Assembly (NCBI RefSeq): GCF_037042905.1
Contig: NC_087252.1
Coordinates: 24,492,001 to 24,556,000 of the forward strand
DNA: 64,000 bases
Source of the DNA: Lytechinus pictus
Taxonomy: Eukaryota
Direction: 5' to 3'
The first letter of the stretch is position 1. Each line of letters begins with the position of its first letter. This document shows positions 53,772 to 64,000 of the stretch, one piece after another. The position numbers were made by a program, and so were the translations under genes. The notes below the pieces were generated by a model. It saw nothing but the letters and a program-made list of their open reading frames with translations. It did no database searches and was not told the origin of the DNA.

Positions 53772-54694
53772 GTTGGTCAGTTTAGAAGGGGATGGGGTAA
53801 AGTTAAGTTTGTAGGTGCTTTTTGTGTTTTCTTGTGGAAGAAACATGGTTCATTGGGTCTGACTCTTGCCTTGTAATTGAAGGTTTTTTTTTGTAGCAGT
53901 GAGTCTTTATTTCCAAGTCAATTTAAAACTTCTTTAATTCTTACTGAGGTGCTAGCATCCTTTGGCAGAACATCAATATACACTTTGCCACTCTTCACCC
54001 AGGTGTTTGATGGGTACTTAGGAGGATGCAAAAGCCAAGGTTTCATACCTCGTGAATTGAGCATGGAAGCTCTTGGATTGCTCCACAGGGAGTGGAGGAA
54101 GTGCATACACTGTGTACTGGCAAGCCATAATTTCCTTGGTTCGGGAATTGTATATAGCTGTATTACTGACCGGAAAACCTGTTCATTGTCATCGCCTTAT
54201 TTCAACATTCAGCTAATGCACACAAAAATATCTTATCAGGGATGTAGTCGAGGCTGGCTTCGAGGCCACATTTTGCCGGCCTTGGCCTTGGCCTGAGTCG
54301 AATGTTAAAAGTCTATGGAAGAAGGTTTCCTCCAGTGGCCTCATGACCAGCCTTGACTACATTCCTTAATCATACATTTGGTCTGTCATATTCTAGTAGT
54401 GTTTAAGGTTCTGAATAATCCAACAGACAAAAGTGCCTTGTCATAACTTTGCCAACCAAGTAGGAACTTATAAAGGATTAGATGTATACAGTGTATTTTA
54501 ATATGTTTTAAATTTGTTTAGAGTCTAAAATAATGTAATGCCCATATTGTTCAATATAAATGTCAAAATTTGACGATGGACGGATGTAATTCAAGTTAAA
54601 AAAGATTTCCCATCTTGAAACCACTACTAATTCATATCATGCACATTCTGCAAATAAAGTTTTTTTTTCTTTACCCCCTCCCCCCTCCCCACAG

Positions 54695-54783
54695 CTCAAA
54701 TTACAATGGGGAGAGAAGTACAGGGAGTGGATGGAAGCCACAGAGAAGAAGATTGCAGAGCTGCAACGAGCCAATGAATATTT
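54695..54783 (+). CDS. Uncharacterised coiled-coil protein, exon 5 (LKLQWGEKYREWMEATEKKIAELQRANEY)
   Basis: Long pyrimidine tract with cacag acceptor, and gtaaga donor; 89 nt, phase 0 to 2. Confidence 0.82.
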
Positions 54784-55936
54784 GTAAGATATATGTTTCT
54801 TTTACTTCCATTTTCAAATTTGAAATTCTTTGTCCCCAGCTTTGATGTTTCAAGTTCATTCTCTTTTTTATGTTTTATATTTTTTACATCATTACTACTA
54901 TTTCTGTGTTTGTAATGGGTTTTTCTATAATCTTTAATAGTTGTATTATAGGTTAAATGAGCATTATGATTATGAAAGGGATATTTAAATTCATCTATTT
55001 CACATCTCTTAAAAAAAAGAGGGTACAATACAAAGTATTACATATTACAGGCTGGAATTAATATGAAGTAAAAAGATCAATCAATTTAATTTAATGCTTG
55101 ACTATACAATCTTCTATTTCTATTCATACCTGTCAATATTTTAACAGCTAACTGTTTAATTGCATTATGCATGCATGTTTGAAAAGAAAACAATTGTTGA
55201 AGCCCCATGTAATAAAGAAAATTACAAAATACAGCAAATTTACCAATTTACCATAGTAACTACCATTGTAGCCTTGAATTTCATTGGCTGCTAAGCCCTG
55301 TTTAATACCATGTTACAGGCATTAATGTTAATTGTGAGTCTTTTATGAAATGGGTCCCAGAACAGTTTACTCAGATCCAATTTTGTTTGTCAGTTCTTCT
55401 TACTGTATATAAAATACAGTATTATTAATGAATTGGTAGGCCTCTTTTGTAATTTTGTAAAGCATTTTACTAGATTTTTATTATTTTTCGGGACCGTATG
55501 CTTGTTTATTTCCTTGTCATCTCAGTGATCAGAGGAATTTCATTTACTTTATCATTTTTTCGTATAGAGATGTTCATAGTGTCAGCCTACTTGCATGTTA
55601 ATGCAGATTTGCACGCTGCCAGTTGTATTGTTTCACTTCACACAGTAACCATACTCTTGTATTGAAAATCAAATTTGTGTATCTTTTGCAATTCAAACCG
55701 TGTAGAAGTTGACCTATATTTCCTGGGTCAAACTGCCCGCTACGATGTGCACTGACAAGACTTGAAGTGAGGGAGAAATGTCATTTGACAGGGTCAATTA
55801 AACTCTTATTCTGCAGTTACTATGATTTGTTTTTTGTGTTTTGAATCATGATTCATGTTTTTTATTCTAGCTTATGACATCTTCTAAACTCTGCCTTTTA
55901 TCGTTTCTTACCTTGTTTCTTTCATTTCCAATGCAG

Positions 55937-55970
55937 ACGAACCTGTCTGAAGAGCCCATCAGGGGATTAA
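55937..55970 (+). CDS. Uncharacterised coiled-coil protein, terminal exon 6 ((L)RTCLKSPSGD*)
   Basis: Pyrimidine tract with tgcag acceptor, phase 2, TAA stop. Total CDS is 684 nt, or 227 aa plus stop. Confidence 0.6.
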
Positions 55971-56421
55971 CGATATGCAGTCTTCCATCTTCAGTTTACA
56001 CCAATGAGAGACTTTTGTGACCAGTTATTCTGAACTCAATTCCTCAAAGTCCGTCCTCATTGACCTTTCCTTAGGAGAATGATGCAATTGGCTTTCACCG
56101 GCCTTTGTGCATGTAAAGCAATGGAAATCCCTGTGAAAGAACCGCATATTTACACGTAGGGCTCTGCCAAATTGTGCTGTACCATGAGTTGAATCGCAGA
56201 CATTACTTTGCCGGATTCTTCGGACGGAGGATGATGTGATAATGTCTGCCACCTCATGAGGGTAGGAGAAGAATATACAGAATGTCTATTTGCTGTAAAA
56301 CCTCAGTTCTGCTCCGTCTGATGGTCAGTTTCTGTGACCTGTTCTTCGTCTACCGTACGTTTGGTCTCATCCCACAGAGTCTAATCTTAGTTTCATTGCC
56401 TATGACTTTTATGGCTGGGAC

Positions 56422-56712
56422 TAATAATAATAACAATAATAATAATAACACTAGCTGGATTTATATAGCACATTTAGCCTAAGGATGTAAAGTGCTGCTA
56501 TTATGAGCCTAGCTTTATCTCCAGCTACCATCACCAGCGCTCAGTGCATGCAAGGAATTAATCCTGCCGGTACCCATTCACATCACCTGGGTCGAGTGCA
56601 GCACAGTGGGGATAAATTTCTTGCTGAAGGAAATCACGCCAAGGCTGGGATTTGAACCCACTTCCCGCCGATCGGAAGACGAGAGTCGTAACCACTAGAC
56701 CACGACGTGCCC
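56422..56712 (-). mobile_element. tRNA-derived SINE (second family)
   Basis: Minus-strand A box TGGTCTAGTGG, B box GTTCAAATCC and an (ATT)n tail. Confidence 0.8.
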
Positions 56713-57314
56713 ACAGTCGATGAATACAGTAGTTAATTTCTTCACAATCAAAATATGAATAGGAGCCATCTGGAGATGTTATGCTATTTGACTGCAAACA
56801 CATCATCAATATGTCTTATGTTCAACATAAATAAGCCAGTTCGTAGTTCCTTTCTGCGCATGATCAAAAGATTCGACGCATGATCAGAGGAAGGTCATTT
56901 GTACTAAAGTGACATGGTGGTTTAAAATCTAATGAGATAAGCACCAACTTTGATGTCTTGATTATTTATATATTCGTTTGAATAGTGGTTTTCCTTTACA
57001 TCCACAAAAAAACAACAATGCGTCCAGGAACGGCTGGTATTTCACAGTTTGCCAAGTACATTGTGCAACATGCTATGATATGCATTCAAAGTAGGAATGC
57101 AACAAATACCTTCATAAAGTGTTCTTTGGTGTGCTATTCTAGTCACCTGGTATATTCAATTTCTTCATCCTGCTATGTTAGGCAAGCTTATGTAATATCT
57201 TGCTTTGAAATATGCCTATCATAATGAAAGAAATGAAAGGTCATTTGACCAAAATTGTCCATGAAGTAAAGTACGAACTCGTCTATTCAGAATACTGTAT
57301 TTCAATATGTATTA

Positions 57315-57794
57315 TATGTGACCTGCCACCCCAAAATCTACAATATGATGTCGACCAAAATGAAATTTGAGATCTTTATTGAGCTTGAAAATTCACTTCC
57401 TAAGCTTTAAAATGAAATATAATATGTTAAAATTGACCAACAATAACAATTACAAGTACTTGTTCGAATGCAGAGAAAATTAAGCAAGAGATTAAAGAAA
57501 TAAGGAGAAAACAAGGTTTGAAGTCTGGGGTTCGCTCAAGCATGAGATGTGCATACTGTGTAATCTCAGTAATCTTCCAAGCAGTCCGAAAAAGTAGTGT
57601 CCAAGAAACACTTGTATCTTGTCTTTATTCAACTTCATGACTTCAAATTTTCGCGGTATGAAGAAGAAGAATTGTTCTTTCAGCTAAGCTATTTTTATGA
57701 TTTTTGGTTTTTGAAGACCAATTTACTATTTTGGCTATTTACAGTGTACCTTACCTGGTGACCTATTGGTGGTTTTGGCATGGTAGGTCACATA
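57315..57794. mobile_element. TA-flanked TIR element
   Basis: TATGTGACCTGCCA..CCAAAA / TTTTGGCATGGTAGGTCACATA. Confidence 0.6.
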
Positions 57795-59579
57795 TCATTA
57801 GGCCAGTTGAGAATGATCCCATATTGGGGTCAATTATACCAGGGGCATCGGAAGGGGGGGGGGGGGCTTCAGCCCCCCCCCCACTTTTTTCCCAAACCAT
57901 GTACAAAAACTTAAAAATTACCATATGATTGTGATTTTTTGCATGGTCAGCCCACCCCCCCCCCCCCCACTTTGAAAACCGTTCTGCGGCCCCTGTATAC
58001 TCTGATGGATTTGCTTTCTAACTTATTTTATGACCACGCAAATAAAGACGACCGCACACCTTGCGATTGGTCTGCGATTCATTACTGTGTAATGTTCAAC
58101 ATCATTGTACGAATCCCTATGTTCAAATCTGTGACTATGCTATCATCCTTCTTAGAATAAAAGCAAATTTAATATCTAGTCGGAATGACGTCATAGCAGT
58201 CGTACGATGGGCTACGATTTGAAACTAATTTGGCCTTTACTCCAAAATAAAGGCAAAAAATGGTTATATTAGTATTCTTTCAATTAATTTTAACCTCAAA
58301 TAAAATGTCTTGTTCCATTCACATTTTCAAAATCGGATCGCGAACAGTCGTAAGGTGTGCGGTGGCCTTAATACGTTATGGCTGACTGAATCAGCCTCTC
58401 TGTGCTTGTATTCTCTTTTTTGGTGATAAATTGCGCCCAGTATAAACACAACTTATAATCCTAACAGTCCCTTAATTGGTATTTTTAATCTTGTTAGTCC
58501 GGGAGAGACGCATCTTAACAGAAATTACCAGTCCAGGGGCTTTATTTTCTTCAGATTTACATTTAAATTCTAATTTTATGCATAAATTCGCATAAGTAAT
58601 TTTGTATGAAAAAATATAGTTATTTTTTCGAAATGGAGCTATGCAACCCCATAGATTATTTATTTCATAAATTGTGGTTTTGATCACACAATTTGTGGTA
58701 ATATTTATTGAAGATCAATTGCCTACATGTATATGTACATATTAGAATAAAATATTTTTTTCGAAGAGTTGTAGCTCATGATCTTATGTGGTCTTATTAC
58801 ATTATCACATTATATTAGGTTCACTTCCAAATTCCAAAAATTATGTAATAAAATTTATATTACATTCACTACGCATTTGTTACGTTCAACAGATTGACAA
58901 TTGTCTAGTGATATTCACTTCACTTGCCTGAACAGATGTAGGACTAGGCATATCGGTGTGTATATTGTGAATGAGTGTAGGGTTTTCCGTACAAATAACT
59001 GCTAATGTCTAGATCTAGACTAAATTGCATCAAGTATTAAGCAGTAGAGAACTGTTTGTTTTGATGACACTGACTTTCAAATGAATTTTCGAATCATTGA
59101 TTTCATAAATAGTTTTTAGAGAATGATTTAATACAGTATTTCACACAGTGCTTTCAAAATAAACAGTATTATATTTTGTAGTTTATATTTATAATGCAAA
59201 GAAATTATATATCTGTGATGTTTGAGATAGAAAATTCAGATGTTTATTATATGTGATGTTTTTTCAATGACTGGAATAATTTGTCCTTGAGATGCCTTGA
59301 TTTCTAGGCATTCATTGTGAAAGCTACTGTTATGATAGAGCAGGCATATTCCGTCCACACCACTGCTTACAAACATTTGATACTTAGAATGGATACATCG
59401 ATGTTTCTGAACACAGGTTGCCATTTTGAAATTTACATAGGCTTAGGGATCTCAATTGTAAAACAGCCATAACTTTCTTATTGCTTGTCTGCTTTCTTTC
59501 AATTTTGAACCATTCTGTTTTCCTTTTTTTTATCTTCTCTCTCTCACACAATATGTTCGGACCAAGGTTGGATTTCCAT

Positions 59580-59788
59580 TAGGGCAGTTCCATGAAATAT
59601 GTACATGTACATCCGACCCCCTATATGTGGGACCTTCATGAAATTTTCTGTCTCTGATTTCTTGTTCTTTTGACGGTCTGTAATGTTCTCAAAGGACCAC
59701 GACTTGGTCAGTTTATGAAGTGAAGTAAGACTTTAGGCAAATGGGGGTCGGACGTACAAAAAGGTTGATCATTTTATGGAATTGCCCA
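59580..59788. mobile_element. MITE
   Basis: GGGCAGTTCCATGAAAT..GTACATCCGACCCCC / GGGGGTCGGACGTAC..ATTTTATGGAATTGCCC. Confidence 0.6.
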
Positions 59789-61826
59789 ATAAGCCTTTGT
59801 ATTCAGATCCAAATTCTGTCTTCTCTTTTAATTTGTCTGGCTTTTCTTTTGATTTGATTTTATTTCAGCATTTTTCCAACAGAAATAATTAACAAACATA
59901 ATGTACAACATAAAGAAAAAAATAGTGATACATTTCTTTTTACCAAAAAAAATACAAATAATCATTCATTTGCTAAAATGTATATAGATAGTATTAGTTT
60001 GCAATATTATAAGTTGTACTTTGTTGAGTAGACAAAAAAAAAATGCTGGAGACCGCTACCATAAGCTGCTGGAGACCGCTACCATAAGCTGCTGGAGACC
60101 GCTACCATAAAACTATGCAAACTTTTAAAGTCGGCCTAAAATTTTTATTTTACTGGTATTGGTTCACGTCTCAAATACTTCGCGGGGGGGGGGGGGGGCT
60201 ACTCAATTATATTGCATACACACACGCCCCCAAAAAAAAACATAAAAAGGGTACTTTTTGCTGATGATGGCACAACACGTGCGTGACACATTTGAGGTGT
60301 CAAAAAGGCCAAAATCCAGCAAAAAAGGGTATGGTTATGAGGTAAAACACATATATTTTTTACAGGTTGTACGTGTTTAGGGAGCAATATGGTAAAATTG
60401 CGTGTGGAAATACCTGAATAGGGTATAGATTTCACCAATGGATAAAACTTGTTTAGGATGGGTTTGTAAAACCTGTGGTTGCGCGTGTGTACAGCAATTT
60501 ATTTGAGTGGCCCCTCTGGGATGTACTTCTCAAAAACTATGCAAACTTGGTGCATTCAATAAATTATTCTTCAAGGGAATTCAGAGATTTCCTCATTCTC
60601 AAAATGAGTTTGTATGTTTCTCAGTGACTGACCTTGTGATAAACAATTAAAGAGTAACTCGATCCACCCTGAAGAAAAGTTTTTTGTAAAAATATAAGAA
60701 AAAATGATAACAAATTTTGGTGAAGGTTTGAGGAAAATCCATCAAAGATTAACAAAAAAGTTAATAGAATTTTAAGTTTTGGATTTGTGACATCATAAAC
60801 AAGCAGCTGCCCCATATGTTATATAAAATGCATAAATTTCAATTGGATCGTGTTGACTTATTTTTGTTTTCGTTTTAGGAACGGGTGTGAAATTATTTGT
60901 CCATTGATATACTGAAGGTTCAGTAAAAATTTTCTGTGAAAATGACATTTTAATGATTTTTTTGCCATAAGATATTGAAAGAAAGCTGCTCGCATATGAT
61001 GTCACAAATCAAATAATTAAAATTCTAATAACTTATTTTTATTCTTGGATGGATTTTTCTCAAACCTTAATTCCGCATTATTTTTTATTATTTTTTTACA
61101 ATAAACTTTTTGTCAGGGTGAACTTCCCCTTTAAATCCATGACTTTGTGTCGATATGTTTAACAATTTTGTGTACTTGTATTCATAGTTAGATAGAACTT
61201 TCTCCCAGTTCATGTTTTATTGATATTAAAATGTGCATATAAAATCATGTTCATGAGATCCATCCAATGAATCCATCATTTTCATGAAGTGTATACTCGA
61301 CTTTAATAATTGATTTTTGTACTTCACTGATAATCTCGCAAAAATCCAGACTCAAGATCTGACTCAATTAGATATTGTAGTATCTTGCACAAAAAATAGT
61401 CTGCTGTGCAAACGCTTCACTCGAAAATAAGGGGTCTGAATGCACAAATGACACTCATTTCTGTACAGAGGTCCTGAAATTAAAACAGGAAGATTTATAT
61501 GTGCTAGTCTTGTGTGAAGACCCACTTGTGTCAGGGTATGTGCTTGCTGACTAGACTCCGACATAGTTTATACAAGCCAAATGAAAATTAGCTGACAACC
61601 TAGTGACCAGAAATGACACTACATTGGGGGTGGGGGTGGGGCAACTGCCCCCATAACTTTTCAAGAGGTCAACAAAAAATAGAGGGGGAAACAAGAATGA
61701 AGAGGCATATCAAAGTGGAGAGTTTTACATTGTGTGTTTCAAAGAATCAGTCAATAAAAACAAGATGATGTCACCTTTCGGCCATCCTATAGTCTGCAGG
61801 TACAGACCCTGATTATAACTTTGGCT

Positions 61827-62133
61827 TGTCTGCTGGGCAAACCCTTCACTCGAGTTAAGGGTCTGAATGTGCAGCCTACTCATGCCTTGTGTACTGAAGG
61901 CTATCTCGCTCAAGTTTTGTATGTGCTAGTCTTTGCGTGGAGGCACACTTGTTGATCAAAGTTCCAATGAGGGTCTGTGCCCGCAGACTAAACTTCGATC
62001 ACTGAGTGGGTCTCCACAAAAGTCTAGCACATATTAAACTTGCTGTTTCAGTTTGGGCGTTCAGTACACAGGTCATTGTAGGCTGCACATTCAGACTCCA
62101 TTAACTCAAGTGAAGGGTTTGCATAGCAGACTA
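61827..62133. mobile_element. MITE with ~55-bp TIRs; partial tandem relative at ~61397-61560
   Basis: GTCTGCTGGGCAAACCCTTCACT..GTCTGAATGTGCAGCCTAC matches GTAGGCTGCACATTCAGAC..AGTGAAGGGTTTGCATAGCAGAC. Confidence 0.7.
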
Positions 62134-62149
62134 GAGCGGGGGTTTCTGA

Positions 62150-62405
62150 GTCCAGTGACCCGGGTTCGATTCCCAAGTGGTGCGCTAGTGCCCTTTGGTA
62201 AGATTCCCAAGTGGTGCGCTAGTGCCCTTTGGTAAGGAATTTATCCTCATTACCAGGTCCCTCGGAGAGGACCTTAAGCCGTTGGTCCCCTGGTTGCTTG
62301 CTCGCAGGCATTCGTGCTTTCTTAGCAGTCAGGTAAAAAAAACCTTGGTATGTCACTATCAAACTACCCTTGAGCAGCGCCCTGTAAGTAGTAAATGTCA
62401 ATGTC
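62150..62405 (+). mobile_element. 5'-truncated tRNA-derived SINE with a ~33-bp internal duplication
   Basis: B box GGTTCGATTCC. GATTCCCAAGTGGTGCGCTAGTGCCCTTTGGTAA is duplicated. Confidence 0.65.
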
Positions 62406-62914
62406 ATGAAAAAGCTGAAAATTACATTTGTAGATTATTTTGCCAGTCTTATTTTACTTATTCTGCCTATCAATACTGTGTTTAATGTTTTATTTCGCTT
62501 GCAAAGTTTCATCTTTGTTATTAGAATATGTGTTTTAGAATTTTCATTGTGTTTTTGACAAGTTGTACAATCATGGAAAAATATAATGTGAAAATACTGC
62601 ACACCTCAAACAGATTTTTTTATAACTTATGAAAAGTAATTATTTATGTCTGAATTAACATTGTTATTCATTATCTTGTGAGAGATATATATGTAGTAAT
62701 GTTCATATTGTGCTAATGTATTTTCTATGTGTTCAACATAAGATTACATGAAATTATTAAATTTACATGGAATGGTTGATTAATTTATTACATGAATTTG
62801 TAATAAACATTTTTAAAGATCTATAAGATCTATACAAATACATTTCACATTGTATATTTGTCCTTTTTTTAATTGTTCAATTATGTATTAAAAGCTTTTA
62901 CATGGGTATAATTT

Positions 62915-64000
62915 TTTCCTCCTGCTTCTTCGTCTTCCTATTAATTTTCCCTCTTTTTTTTCTTCTTTTTCCTCTTTTTTCTTTGTTTTGTTCTTCTTCT
63001 GCTTCTCCTTTTATTCTTCTCCTTTTTTCTTCTAATTATTTTCATCTTCTTTTTTTGTTCTTCACTCTATTCTTCATCATCTTTTTCTTCTCCTCTATCT
63101 ACCCCTTCTTATTTTTCTTCTTCTTCATCTTTTTCTTCTTCTTCTCCATCTATTACTTCTTCTCCTTCTTCATCTTCTTCTTTAATCTTCTTTTTCTTTT
63201 TATTCTCCTCCTTCTTTTACTTCTCATTATCATTTTTCATCTTCTTTCTTCTTTTGTTTTTCACTTCCTTCATCTTTTCTTCTCCTTCCGTTCTCTTTCT
63301 GCTCCTTCTTTTTTCTCTTCGTTTTGTTCTTCTGCTGCTCCTTCTTTTATTTTCCTGTTTTCTTCTTCTTATTTTTCATCTTCTTTCTCCTTTTGTTCTT
63401 CACTTTGTTCTTCATCTATTTCTTCTTCTCTTTCTACCCCTCCTTATTTTTCTTCATCTTCTACTCTTACTCCTTCTTCTTCTCCTCCTATTACTTCTTC
63501 TTCTCCTTCTTCTTCTTCAATCTTCTTCTTTTTCTTTTTATTCTCCTCCTTTTACTTATCCTCATAATTTTTCGTCTTCTTTCTTCTTTTGTTCTTCACT
63601 TTCTTCTTTATCATCTTTTCTTCTCCTTCCGTTCTGTTTCTACTCCTTATTTTTCTTCTTCTTCTACTCCTATTCCTTCTTCTTCTTCTTCAACTCCTAT
63701 TCTTCGTCTTCTTTTTCTTTTTATTCTCCTTTTTCTTCTTCTCTTTCTACTAGCTCTTGCTTATTCTCCTTCTCCTACTGCTAATTCTTCCTTCTAGCTC
63801 CTCCTTCTTCTACTCCTCCTGTTCTTCCTCTTCTTTCTATTCTCCTCTTTCTACTAGCTCCTGCTTATTCTTCTTCTTTTTTCCTCCTATTCTTCCTCTT
63901 CTTTTTATTCTCCTCCTTTTTCTTCTCCTCGGTTTCTTCTAGCTCCGGCCTGCTTATTCTCCTTTTCCTCCGGCCTCCTCCTTCTTCTACGACCCTTTGT
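62915..64000. repeat. Pyrimidine-rich (CTT/CT)n low-complexity repeat running off the window end
   Basis: Seen directly. It has internal higher-order duplication. Confidence 0.9.

Noticed and set aside
56025..56375. GC-richer segment with short minus-strand ORFs
   Set aside because: I see no recognisable motif or consistent splice sites. It is most simply the 3'UTR of the coiled-coil gene.
62902..63942. Phe/Ser/Leu-rich ORFs resembling membrane proteins
   Set aside because: A low-complexity pyrimidine tract lacks stop codons by composition.

Overview
AT-rich, repeat-dense animal genomic DNA. It has spliced GT-AG genes, and its repeat families look like those of a marine invertebrate deuterostome, probably a sea urchin (inference). 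I assembled two protein-coding genes by hand, and their exon phases are consistent throughout. (1) On the minus strand, an OATP/SLCO organic anion transporter with 10 coding exons from 19402 to 10155 (about 751 aa), carrying the OATP signature NDPRWIGAWWLGF and a Kazal-like domain. (2) On the plus strand, a 6-exon, 227-aa coiled-coil protein gene (44839-55970) that I cannot name and that the ORF track largely misses. Between them lie two orphan exons of a second SLCO paralog (39736-39943, with a 2-nt frameshift, and 38813-38929). The window also holds three decayed LINEs, tRNA-derived SINEs, two Helentron/HINE-like elements, microsatellites, and many non-autonomous DNA transposons. These include hAT-like elements with exact 8-bp TSDs, Tc1/pogo-like elements with TA, and Kolobok-like elements with TTAA, often nested. 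I found no CRISPR array, rRNA gene or convincing tRNA gene, and nothing I can support as a wholly new biological system. The best leads are the unnamed coiled-coil gene, the SLCO relic and a GCGAAGC-core repeat array.
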